Source: Mobula hypostoma (Eukaryota). From it: a stretch of 64,000 nucleotides of DNA. Below the pieces are notes generated by a model. That model was not told where the DNA came from. It made no database searches and saw only the letters and a list, made by a program, of their open reading frames with translations. Below, piece by piece: positions 22,723-34,400 of the stretch; the first letter of the stretch is position 1, and each line of letters starts with the position of its first letter. The stretch covers positions 81,532,001 to 81,596,000 of the forward strand of contig NC_086108.1 in the NCBI RefSeq assembly GCF_963921235.1, written 5' to 3'. Position numbers and translations under genes: made by a program.

Positions 22723-24325
22723 CTAACGGAAACTCTGAAGTTGGCTCTTCACTATCTGAGCCATGACCCTTTTCTTTTTCTTCTTCTTTTCTGCTTTAAG
22801 CTTTTCTTTATGTATCTCAACTAAACTTTTTGGTATACTCTCACATGCCTCTTGGTTAGAATCTGGAATTTCAGGTAAGCAGTTCACACTATCCTCCTCA
22901 GCAATCTGCTTCCCTGCTTCTGTTTGGACTGTATCTTTCCTAATACCTTCCACTTCCATTTGTAATGAAATATGAATCATCTTTTCTTCATCTCATTCAT
23001 TCATTAACTGTGAAATCTCTTTTTTATGCTGTGACTTCATCATTTCAATAAAACTTCTCAATTCCTTTACTTGTGCTTTCACTTCTTCCTTATACTTTGC
23101 CCACTGTGAACGTTCTTGCTCTAGATGGTGATTATACTGTATCTCATATTCTCTCAGTCTCTCTTTCATTATCGCTTGCATTGAAGCAACCTCTTCCTGC
23201 TGTTGCTTTTTCATATCACCAATTGCCTCCTGTTTGGTCGTCTCAGACACTGCAGCTACTGCTTTTATATTCTTCATGTCAGCACTTTCATAAAGCACAT
23301 CTATATAAAATTCCTCACGTTCATCTTCAATCACTGCATTTACTTGTTTCATTTCATTTTCCTTCTTTCTACTTCTACAACAGCATGAAAAACGATTAAT
23401 CTTACCGCAGCTGTAGCAAAGTTTGCCATATGCGAAACACTGACTTAGATGGTGTTCCCGCGCACAGCGATCACGACTTTTCTTTTCAAATGCCGTCTTG
23501 CTCTCCATCGATTTTGTCAACGTATTATTATACTTCTTGATATAAAGAAGAGGAAAAATAGCCCTTAACTCGGCAGTGGAGTTATTGGGGCACCGTCTTT
23601 TGACAGTGTTTCCGTAGCAAGCTATTCTTGTTTTTATTAGGCCGAGTTGCTAGCTCGACGCTCAACTCGACTTGGATTTGAACTCTGGAACCTTCGCTCC
23701 GGAGTCCGGCGCTGATATTATTGTGCCACCAAGCGGGACATTTCTTGCTATATTCGCGCTTTTTATCAGCATTTACATTAAAGTTTTCAACAAAAACCTC
23801 TTCAGCCTGTGACATTACGGTCTCAGAATCTTTGCAGAGCACAAAAGCTTTTTCGAAATTTAAATCTTGCTCTCTCAACAGCCTTTCTCTCAGTGCATTA
23901 TCTCAAATGCCTCAAACAAGTCTATCTTTAATAAGAGAGTCTGTGAGCAATCCAAACTCGCACGTTCTACTACACTTTCTTAACTCCATAACATACTGAT
24001 CAATCGTTTCAGCAATCCTTTGCACACATGTGAAGAATTTATATCGGTCATATGTTAAGTTCTGCTTAGGTAAACAAAATACTTCAAATCTGTCCATTAT
24101 GGACTTTAAATTGAAATTATCTCCATCTTCAAAGACAAAATTATTATATACCTCTACTGCGTCATTCCTGATTACATGGAGCAGAAGCGCAGCTTTGGTT
24201 TTTTCTGATTTCTCTTCATAATCGATCACTGATAAGTACAGTTCAAACTGTTGCTTGAAGATCCTTCAATTCTCTGCTACATTCCCAGTCAGCTGAAGTT
24301 TTGGTAGGAGTTGTAAACCTTCCAT
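22723..24325 (-). pseudogene. Disrupted chimeric ORF: Gag + rabaptin (RABEP1/2)-like + SH3KBP1-like + SLU7-like segments
   Basis: ATG 24325 and ORFs 24229 and 23878 share one frame. After removing the SINE plus one TSD, ORFs 23520 and 22980 continue it. Only four point stops (24268, 23914, 23905, 22995). Gag motifs LTGNVAEN.RIFKQQF, LRERLLRE.DL and a degenerate double Zn-knuckle. Confidence 0.85.
23545..23737 (-). mobile_element. Short tRNA-like SINE inserted in the gag
   Basis: A-box-like TGGCACAAT and B-box GAGTTCAAATCC. Degenerate 15-bp TSD at 23530-23544 and 23738-23752 (12/15 match). Confidence 0.75.
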
Positions 24326-24603
24326 ATTACTGTTTGCAGTTCGAACTTATTTCCTTCTCTTTTTTTTTCGATTATCTTCGATTCTTGATTCTCAATTCTC
24401 CCGTATCATTCTTCCAGAAGCACTTCTGACGCCATGTTATATTTCTTCTATTTAAACGTTCCGTGGGTTAACAGTAAAGAATCGTATTCTGGAAGAATTA
24501 GAGAACTTTTATTTACAGTAATAAATAAATATGTCTTAACCCCGTGCATGCTCAGTGCTGTCCAATCATGTACTGGCACATCATTGCACGTGATATCACC
24601 ACA

Positions 24604-25120
24604 CCTTCAGCTCATCATGTCTATGCCAAGCATTGATGTCAATGTAAACTAATTCCTTCTGCTGCACATGAACGTAACTCTCTTTTGCCTGTTTAAATGC
24701 CACTGTCTGTGCTTCTATCATCTCACCTGGCAACTATTCCCTGCACTTGTGTAAAACGTTTACCTTTGTAAATCTCCTTTAAACTTTCCCCCCTTACATT
24801 AAAACTCTAGTATATGACATTTCCACACTGGAAATACAACACTGACTATCTACCCATATCTATACCACTCCGAATTTTATATCTTTCTACCAAGTTGCCC
24901 CTCAGCCTTTGATACTCCAATGAAAACAATCCAACTCTCCTTCTATCCAATGCACTCCAACCCAGGAACATGCTGGTGAACATCTTCTGACCCCTCTCCA
25001 AAGCCTTCACATTCTTACTATGGTGTGGTGACAGAAATGCGCAGATCTGTGCGAAGGTCCCAGCAATCTCCTCGTTTGCTTCCTTTAGTATTCCAGGATA
25101 GATCCCATCAAGCCCTGGGG
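24604..25120 (-). mobile_element. CR1 LINE fragments
   Basis: SPGLDGIYPGILKE and GLFSLEYQRLRGNLVERYKI remnants. Confidence 0.75.
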
Positions 25121-25289
25121 AATCACAAACATGAGAAAATCTGCAGATGCTGGAAATCCAAAGCCACATACACAAAATGCTGGAGGAACTCCCAAGAGGA
25201 GCTTAGAAAGTTAAACATGTTAATTAATGAATTTCAGGGAATAGATGACAATGCTGCATTCTAATTGAAAGGTCCTATTGTTTACAAGA

Positions 25290-25700
25290 AGCATAGAACT
25301 CCTCAGGATAGCTACAACACTTCCAGACTGTCTGTCTCAGGAAGGCGACATTCATCATTAAGGATATCATCTTCCAGGTCATGCCCTCTTCTTGTTGCTG
25401 CCACCAGGCAGGAGATACAGGAACCAGAAGACCCACTTCCTCAGAGGTCAACAACTGCTCCTTCTCCTCTGCCATCAGGTTCTTGAACAAGCCTGAGAAT
25501 CTCTCATTCTACCTCAGACTATATTTCTCCCAGCTTGTCATTTCATTTTTGTTTATGTGTCATGTATGGTATCGCTAATTTATGTCAGTCTGTCTACATA
25601 ATTTATGTTTGTCATGCACTGTGCTGCTGCAAAAATACACTAATGTTCATGGCATTTACAGCCTGTTTATGTACGCCCATGGCAATAAACTTGAAAGTGA
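25290..25700 (+). mobile_element. Rex1/Babar 3' fragment, decayed
   Basis: CLRKATFIIKDIIFQ.HALF..LPPGRRYRN...SAIRFLN; ends GGCAATAAACTTGAA. Confidence 0.65.
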
Positions 25701-26226
25701 GAATTTAGATGGCTTGGGCAAGGAACCACTATGGTGGCCACAATTTGTTTTTGTTTCTCTCTCTGCACATTAGGCATTTGACGGTCTTCTTTTTATATAG
25801 GTTCTTTTGGGTTTATTTGTTTTGTGCCTGCCTATAAGGAGACGAATCGCAAGGTTGCATAATATATACATACTTTTATAATAAATCAACTTTGAATTTC
25901 CAATCTAGGAAGCAGTTTGGTTGCTTATATGACAGAATAATGAAGCCTGGAAGTGACTATCTAACTAGGTGGATGCCTATCAAACTCTGAAATGTACTCA
26001 AGTAATCCAACCAGTTGTTTTTCCTGTGTTTTCTTCCTTGCTGCCAATCAGCGGGTGAACGACATGTTACATTTTTTGGGTGAGGGAGGGGTTGGGGTTC
26101 TGCAGTCTGATGTTCTGGATGGTGTTTTTCTGTGTGAGTGATCTGTTAGATTTTTGTCTGCGAGAGGTTGGGGGTTTGATGTTATTGTCGGTGCTTTTTT
26201 TTACATGGGAGGGGCTTGGGGGTTAC

Positions 26227-28478
26227 ATAGAAACATAGAAACATAGAAAATAGGTGCAGGAGTAGGCCATTCGGCCCTTCGAGCCTGCACCACCATTTAT
26301 TATGATCATGGCTGATCATCCAACTCAGAACCCCGCCCCAGCCTTCCCTCCATACCCCCTGACCCCTGTAGCCACAAAGGCCATATCTAACTCCCTCTTA
26401 AATATAGCCAATGAACTGGCCTCAACAGTTTCCTGTGGCAGAGAATTCCACAGATTCACCACTCTCTGTGTGAAGTTGTTTTTCCTAATCTCGGTCCTAA
26501 AAGGCTTCCCCTCTATCCTCAAACTGTGACCCCTCGTTCTGGACTTCCCCAACATCGGGAACAATCTTCCTGCATCTAGCCTGTCCAATCCCTTTAGGAT
26601 CTTATACGTTTCAATCAGATCCCCCCTCAATCTTCTAAATTCCAACGAGTACAAGCCCAGTTCATCCAGTCTTTCTTCATATGAAAGTCCTGCCATCCCA
26701 GGAATCAATCTGGTGAACCTTCTTTGTACTCCCTCTATGGCAAAGATGTCTTTCCTCAGATTAAGGGACCAAAACTGCACACAATACTTCAGGTATGGTC
26801 TCACCAAGGCCTTGTACAACTGCAGTAGTGCCTCCCGGCTCCTGTACTCGAATCCTCTCGCTATAAATGCCAGCATACCATTCACCTTTTTCACCGCCTG
26901 CTGTACCTGCATGCCCACTTTCAATGACTGGTGTATAATGACACCCAGGTCTCGTTGCACCTCCCCTTTTCCTAATCGGCCACCATTCAGATAATAATCT
27001 GTTTTCCTATTTTTGCCACCAAAGTGGATAACTTCACATTTATCCACACTAAATTGCATCTGCCATGAATTTGCCCACTCGCCCAACCTATCCAAGTCAC
27101 CTTGCATCCTCTTAGCATCCTCCTCACTGCTAACACTGCCACCCAGCTTCGTGTCATCCGCAAACTTGGAGATGCTGCATTTAATTCCCTCATCCAAGTC
27201 ATTAATATATATTGTAAACAACTGGGGTCCCAGCACTGGGCCTTGCGGTACCCCACTAGTCACCGCCTGCCATTCTGAAAAGGTCCCGTTTATTCCCACT
27301 CTTTGCTTCCTGTCTGCTAACCAATTCTCCACCCACACCAATACCTTACCCCCAATACCGTGTGCTTTAAGTTTGCACACTAATCTCCTGTGTGGGACCT
27401 TGTCAAAAGCCTTTTGAAAATCCAAATATACCACATCCACTGGTTCTCCCCTATCCACTCTACTAGTTACATCCACAAAAAATTCTATGAGATTCGTCAG
27501 ACATGATTTTCCTTTCACAAATCCATGCTGACTTTGTCCGATCATTTCTCCGCTTTCCAAATGTGCTGTTATCACATCCTTGATAACTGACTCCAGTAGT
27601 TTCCCCACCACCGACGTTAGGCTAACCGGTCTATAATTCCCCGGTTTCTCTCTCCCTCCTTTTTTAAAAAGTGGAGTTACATTAGTCACTCTCCAATCCT
27701 CAGGAATTAGTCCAGAATCTAACGAGTTTTGAAAAATTATCACTAATGCATCCACTATTTCTTGGGCTACTTCCTTAAGCACTCTAGGATGCAGACCATC
27801 TGGCCCTGGGGATTTATCTGCCTTCAATCCCTTCAATTTACCTAACACCACTTCCCTACTAACATGTATTTTGCTCAGTTCCTCCATCTCACTGGACCCT
27901 CTGTCCCCTACTATTTCTGGAAGATTATTTATGTCCTCCTTAGTGAAGACAGAACCAAAGTAATTATTCAATTGGTCTGCCATGTCCTTGCTCCCCATAA
28001 TCAATTCACCTGTTTTTGTCTGCAGGGGACCTACATTTGTCTTTATCAGTCTTTTCCTTTTTACATATCTATAAAAGCTTTTACAGTCCGTTTTTATGTT
28101 CCCTGCCAGTTTTCTCTCATAATCTTTTTTCCCCTTCCTAATTAAGCCCTTTGTCCTCCTCTGCTGAACTCTGAATTTCTCCCAGTCCTCAGGTGAGCCA
28201 CTTTCTCTGGCTAATTTGTATGCTTCTTCTTTGGAATTGATACTATCCCTAATTTCTCTTGTCAGCCACGGGTGCACTACCTTCCTTGATTTATTCTTTT
28301 GCCAAACTGGGATGAACAATTGTTGCAGTTCATCCATGCAACCTTTAAATGCTTGCCATTGCATATCCACCGTCAATCCTTGAAGTGTCATTTGCCAGTC
28401 TATCTTAGCTAATTCACGTCTCATACCTTCAAAGTTACCCCTCTTTAAGTTCAGAACTTTTGTTTCTGAATTAACTAT
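26227..28478 (-). mobile_element. Young 5'-truncated CR1 LINE
   Basis: (CATAGAAA)n tail, TSD GGGTTAC at 26220-26226 and 28479-28485, uninterrupted ORF2 segment. Confidence 0.97.
26325..28424 (-). CDS. CR1 ORF2 reverse transcriptase (N-truncated, no endonuclease)
   Basis: 699-aa open frame with KSPGPDG, NYRPVSLTS, QHGF, YLDFQKAFDKV, GVPQGPVLGP and KFADDTKL. Confidence 0.95.
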   Translation of the reverse strand: MRRELAKIDWQMTLQGLTVDMQWQAFKGCMDELQQLFIPVWQKNKSRKVVHPWLTREIRDSINSKEEAYKLARESGSPEDWEKFRVQQRRTKGLIRKGKKDYERKLAGNIKTDCKSFYRYVKRKRLIKTNVGPLQTKTGELIMGSKDMADQLNNYFGSVFTKEDINNLPEIVGDRGSSEMEELSKIHVSREVVLGKLKGLKADKSPGPDGLHPRVLKEVAQEIVDALVIIFQNSLDSGLIPEDWRVTNVTPLFKKGGREKPGNYRPVSLTSVVGKLLESVIKDVITAHLESGEMIGQSQHGFVKGKSCLTNLIEFFVDVTSRVDRGEPVDVVYLDFQKAFDKVPHRRLVCKLKAHGIGGKVLVWVENWLADRKQRVGINGTFSEWQAVTSGVPQGPVLGPQLFTIYINDLDEGIKCSISKFADDTKLGGSVSSEEDAKRMQGDLDRLGEWANSWQMQFSVDKCEVIHFGGKNRKTDYYLNGGRLGKGEVQRDLGVIIHQSLKVGMQVQQAVKKVNGMLAFIARGFEYRSREALLQLYKALVRPYLKYCVQFWSLNLRKDIFAIEGVQRRFTRLIPGMAGLSYEERLDELGLYSLEFRRLRGDLIETYKILKGLDRLDAGRLFPMLGKSRTRGHSLRIEGKPFRTEIRKNNFTQRVVNLWNSLPQETVEASSLAIFKRELDMAFVATGVRGYGGKAGAGF

Positions 28479-29668
28479 GGGTTACGGGTTTGATGTTTTC
28501 ACTGCCGTATCAGGGTGAGTGACCTGTTAGTTTCCATGCGAGGAAGAGGTTGGTTTTGCAGTTTGTGAGTTTTGTTTCTTTTTCTTTTGCGTGCAGGGGG
28601 GTGGGTGTGGTGGTTGATGTCTCTTCTTTTAACGACTTTCATGACTTTTCTGTATTTTATGTCTCTCTGAAGAAGACCAACCTCAGGGGTGTATTCTGCG
28701 TGCATGCTTTGATAACAAAATGAACCTTTGAACCTTTGACTTGTGATGGAATAGTTCCAAATCACTGGGTATATTGAAGGCAGGAACGGGTAGACTTTTG
28801 ATTACAAAAGGAATCAGGGAATATGTGCTTAATTCAGGAAAGTGGTGTTGAGGTAAAATATCACTGAGTTGGCAAGGCACCGGGTAAGGCTGAATGGTCT
28901 ACACTTCCTTCTGTTTCTTAACTCATGTAATGATATTAACTTAAGCCATCAAATTTCAACCAAGTTATAACTGCCTGCAATCTAATTCTCTCTCTCACTA
29001 CATAGTTCATCCTTCATCATGCTGTTTTTGTGTAGCTTCTTTTTTTGTCATTAACTGCAATTCTCAGTCAAGATTGGGGTATGATGTAATCAAGTGACTA
29101 ATCTAATAACTAGTTGATGATTAACTGTTTAATAGCAACATATATTACAAACTAGAAAAAAGAGCCGTCAATTCCAATAAATGTTTAGCCAGTATGTAAA
29201 TTAAGTTACCAGAAAGTTAGAAAATGATTCTTCGTTTTCTTGGAAAAACTGCAGTAAATCATACAAGTTGAAGTTAATAGATAACATTTTGCTAATGGCT
29301 GCTATTTCAATTGCGAAAGTCGCATTCATTAAAGATTGTTTAATATTTTTGCAAAATAATTCATCTTATTAGGAGCCAATGATCCGGAGGGAGGTTTCTG
29401 TTTTGTTTCAACAGGCTGGTGTAATAGGTAGAGTAGCAGCTCTAACAACCCAGGGTCCATCCTCACTTCCAAAGCTCCCTTTGTGGAATTTGTTTGTTTC
29501 CTCTTTAACTGGATGGTCTTTCCTCCGGGGCATCTGCTTTCCTCCCACATGCAAAAATGTGCCGGCTGGTTGGTTAAGTGGCAATTGTAATTGTGCTTTG
29601 TGTAGGAAGGCAGTTGGAGAATTGGTGTGGGGTGAAGGGTATCACAGAGTAGATCACTGGTAAGGGAG

Positions 29669-30655
29669 GACAATAGACAATAGGTGCAGGAGTAGGCCAT
29701 TCAGCCCTTTGAGCCAGCACCACCATTCACTGTGATCATGGCTGATCAACCACAATCAGTATCCAGTTCCTGCCTTATCCCCATAACCTTTGATTCCACT
29801 ATCTTTAAGAGCTCTATCCATCTCTTTCTTGAAAGCATTCAGAGACTTGGCCTCCACAGCCTTCTGGGACAGAGCATTCCATATATCCACCACTCTCTGG
29901 GTGAAAAAGTTTTTCCTCAACTCCATTCTAAATGGCCTACCCCTTATTCTTAAACTGTGGCCTCTGGTTCTGGACTCACCCATCAGCAGGAGCATGCTTC
30001 CTGCCTCCAGCGTGTCCAATCCCTTAATAATCTTATATGTTTCAATAAGATCCCCTCTCAGCCTTCTAAATTCCAGAGTATACAAGCCCAGTCACTCCAA
30101 TCTTTCGACATATGACAGTCCCACCATCCCAGGAATTAACCTTGTGAACCTACGCTGCACTCCCTCAATAGCAAGAATGTCCTTCCTCAAATTTGGAGAC
30201 CAAAACTGCACACAGTACTCCAGGTGTGGTCTCACCAGGGCCCTGTACAGCTGCCGAAGGACCTCTTTGCTCTTATACTCAATTCCCCTTGTTATGAAAG
30301 CCAGCATGCCATTAGCTTTCTGCACTGCCTGCTGTACTTGCATGCTTGCTTTCAGTGACTGATGTACAAGAACACCTAGATCTCGTTGTACTTCCCCTTT
30401 TCCTAACTTGACTCCATTTAAATAATAATCTGCCTTCCTGTTCTTACCACCAAAGTGGATAACCTCACATTTATCCACATTAAACTGCATCTGCCATGCA
30501 TCTGCCCACTCACCCACCCTGTCCAAGTCACCCTGCATTCTCATGACATCCTCCTCACATTTCACACTGTCACTCAGCTTTGTGTCATTGGCAAATTTGC
30601 TAATGTTACTTTTAATTTTTTTAATTCCCTCATCTAAATCATTAGTATATATTGT
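29669..30655 (-). mobile_element. CR1 LINE, 5'-truncated
   Basis: (CAATAGA)n tail; ORFs 30092-30670 and 29756-30085 give the RT C-terminal part with FANDTKL and one stop. Confidence 0.93.
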
Positions 30656-31179
30656 AGAATGGGATTGCACTGAAAGTCAACACAGATTTCAACTTATATA
30701 AAGGAAAATATGAGACATCACTTTAAAAGACCATTGACAAAAAAAATTGAGTTCCTTACAAATCCAACACAAATTGGTCATGTAAAAGGGAATAGGCCGA
30801 GATTCTGATGTTGAAGCCATCTCAAATGTTGTTCAATTAGCTGCAACTAAGATTGTGAAATCTCCCGAATTGATTCAGACTAAACTCCTTTATATCACTT
30901 CATTCATGAGTTTGAAAGTTATCTATCAGTGCAACAGGGAAGTGACCTTTATTAACCATAATACTGAAGATAATGTGGCTTTTACAGTCTGAACACAAAG
31001 TTCACTGCACTCTGGGTGAAGAAACTTCTACCCATCTCAGTTCTGAATGGCAGACACAGTATATGTCACCACAGACTGTGATCTTTCGTTCGAGATACTG
31101 CTGCTTCAAATCCACTGTCATCTTCTGATCGCAAGAGATTTAAGGCCAGTCCATTTATTCTCTGCACATGTGACAAGTC

Positions 31180-31495
31180 CATAGCATAGTGGCTAACGTA
31201 GTGCTTTACAGAGCCAGCTGTAAAATCGGGTACAATTCCCATCACTGTCTGTAAGGAGTTTATACTTTCTCCCCATGACTGCATAGGTTTCCTCCGAGTG
31301 ATCTGGTTTCCTCCCACATTCCAAGGATGTACGGTTAGGGTTAGTGAGTTGTGAGCATGCTCTGTTGGCACCAGAAGCATGGAGACGCTTGCCAGCTGTC
31401 CCAGCACATATCTGACTGTGTTGGTCATTGGCACAAACAACACATGTCACCGTACGTTTTGACAAACATGAGACAAATAAAGCTAATCTTTAATC
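31180..31495 (+). mobile_element. tRNA-derived SINE
   Basis: GCATAGTGGCTAACG head, conserved central domain, tail ACAAATAAAGCTAATCTTT shared with 56025-56300. Confidence 0.75.
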
Positions 31496-34400
31496 CTAGG
31501 AATCAGTCTGGTGAACACTCACTGCACCTCAACCCTCACAAATGTGAACCCCTTCTTGAACAGGGAGACCAGACCTGTACACAACAGTCCAAGTTCAGAG
31601 TCACCATGGCCTTTAACAGTTTCAGTAAAACTATTTTTATTTTTGTACATAAATTCTCTTGCAATAAAAGGCCATCACACCACTTGTTTTCCTAATGGCC
31701 TACATGTTAACATTCATCTCCAGGTGCCCCTGAACACCAGCATTTCAGTCACTCCTTTTAACAAACACTCCACCTTTCCGATCTGTCTACAAAGTGGATA
31801 TCACATTTTCCATAGTTTACTCTACCATGTCCTTGCCCATTCAGTTAACACATTTGTGTCTCTCTGAAGCCCCTCTGCATCATCCTCGCAACCCACACTT
31901 ATATTACCGAGATCAGCACATACTTCCTAATCATTTCTAGAAACAGTCAATCACTTAGACTTGAATCAATCCACACATGCAAAGCATTAATTTTAAACAA
32001 AGGCTTTCAATACTTCCTGTTCTTACAAGACAAGAGTTGCACTACTCACAAAAATTAAACCCATTAAATTGATATGAATTACCAAAACTGAAGCAAACAA
32101 AATAATGAAAAGGTCCAAGACAGGTTTGTGGGCTAATTTTTTTAAAATAAAAATAAAAATGCTGTGATCGAATGACAAAGCAGACTTTATTCTGCTCCTA
32201 TATCTTCATGGTGTCTTAAAAGCCCCCATGGCAAAAGCAAACCAACATATTTTAAATAGGATTTCTAAATTTCTGAGGAAACAAAGCAACTGATCAGACA
32301 GTCCTCAGCATCATTGTTGTAATAAATGGAATCAAAAGAAAGGGTTCTCACTTCAAAATTTATCTTACAAGTCACAGGTGGGATTAGTTTTATGATGCTC
32401 CAATCTACCACTCCTATAATTTAAACCTTACCCTCACTTTCATTTGATTACTTAACAATTATATGTACATAAAGGAGATTGCAGCTATTGAGAATGACTC
32501 ACTAATTGCAAAACCCACCTCTATAAACTACCTTGCTCCAGAACCATTAAACCTATTTCAAAATATGAATAATCCATTTAACCCTTTCCCAGCAGCAACA
32601 ATGTGAATTGCAATGTCTTTCCCACAGAATGAAGATTGCCCTGCAGATCAAGAAGTTAACCTGCGATCAGTTCTAAATAAAAATGCTAGAATACATTATT
32701 AAGATCATGGTAACAGAGCATTTTTAGCACAAGGTAACATGATTAAGCAGAGATATGGCAGATATCTTGTAGCATTTTAAAGAATCCAAGTAGCCTAGAT
32801 AAGGAAAACACAGTATATTGGATGAGGTGTAATGGGCTATGAGGTAGGACAGGACTCATGGGAAGGACTAGCATATGGAGAGAAATAGAACCAACTCATC
32901 TTAATCATGAAGACTCCCTTGAGAGAAATTCACTTCCCTGCACCATGCTTCTCTTCCTGTATAAACATGGAAGGACAGAGATGCCTGGGGTGGCAGGATT
33001 TTCATAAGGAAAGAAATTTGAGTTAATTCTGCCTATATTTGCCGACGTTTAGATGAATGAGATCATAAAAGCCTAGTTCAAACAGACCTGTAAAATTCAA
33101 ACAGACCTGTACAAACTCAATACCAGGATGGTGACCTGATGTCTTAGAAATCCAGAATTTCAAAATACACAGAATGCCACGAGGAGCTGAACCCTGGAGA
33201 AAATTCTTCACCAAGAGAATAGGGAAGCTGTGGATTTCTCAAGAAGAAGGTAAATGTATCTCTCATTGCCAAAGAATTCAAGGGATATGGGGAGAAAGAA
33301 CAAGTTATTGAAATGGATGATTATTGAATGATAGAACAGGGTCAAAGAGTCTAATTGCCTCTACTTGCTGCTATTTTCTCTATTTTCATTCCCATTGTGT
33401 ATCAAAGATCTTGTTCAAAAGCAGGGCTGTCAATCATTTTCCAACAGCAAATGTTCAGGGGAAGATCAGAGTCTCGCAATATCCGCTTAATAATGTTACT
33501 AACAATAGGAAGAGGGATTTCTAATCTGTATGGATTGTATTGCATTTTGGAAAGTTTACTTGCTTGGTAATCAAAGCAGAATTTTAGTTATCAGATTACA
33601 CTTTAATTCAGTTTTATCACCAACGTGATTGCAGAATTAACATGATGATTTACAACTCAAGTTGGAGATCGATACTGTAGAGTCTCCAGTCACTGTTATT
33701 ACTCATACAACCTGGACATAAAATCACAGATTAATAGCACTGTCACAATAGTGTTGATTTTCACTAGAGACCTAAAGCAATGGTGATGCCACAGTGATTG
33801 TTTACTCAACATAGAGGGAAAGAGAAAAAGTCAGCCCACATTAAGAGCAGAATAGTCTCCTGCCTAAAATAATGGACAGGACATCAAGTATATGAAGTAT
33901 GGATCTTCTGTTCTTTTTGCCACTTTGTGTGGATTCATATTGTGATCCAGATTAAAGAAGAGGATAATGAAGTTACCTGCTATGAAACGTCATCATTACC
34001 ACTCTGCCAGTCATTTTAAAGTCTCAATATCTAAACAGTAGAAATGTTTTACTATTATGTGTCTGGTGGGGCAAGAGCCGGGTCAGGAGACGGAGGGTGC
34101 GAGTGTAAATCTAGCCCTGGGCTAGGGGCTTTGATGTTGTGGGGAAGAGGATAAGTGGTGCCTAGGAGATCCTTCGCAGCTCCTGGCGCAGCACTCCTGT
34201 TCCTGCTGGACAACAAGGAAGCTGCAGAAAACTTCCATTTTTATGCTTCCTTTGGCCTCTTCCCGCCCTCTAGCAGACCTCCAAAATGTGGAAATTGTGA
34301 GGCCATTGAGATATGGGAGAGCTGTTGAATTCTGGGCAGTTCTGTAGAAACGTAGTGGTTTTTCCTCGGCCTCCATTTTAGCTGAGCCCCTGTATCACTT

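Larger units (their letters stand above)
22265..24603 (-). mobile_element. Pol-less Gypsy (Mag-like) LTR retrotransposon carrying captured host-gene fragments
   Basis: LTRs at 22265-22463 and 24435-24603; PBS TGGCGTCAGAAGTG (24421-24434); PPT AAGGAAGGGAAGG; TSD CCTTA/CCTTC. Inserted in a CR1 tail. Integrase C-terminal remnant PLRRSTHVRKPTERL near 22530-22580. Confidence 0.92.

Noticed and set aside
34122..34376. 84-aa ORF in a GC-richer patch
   Set aside because: No recognisable homology or splice support.
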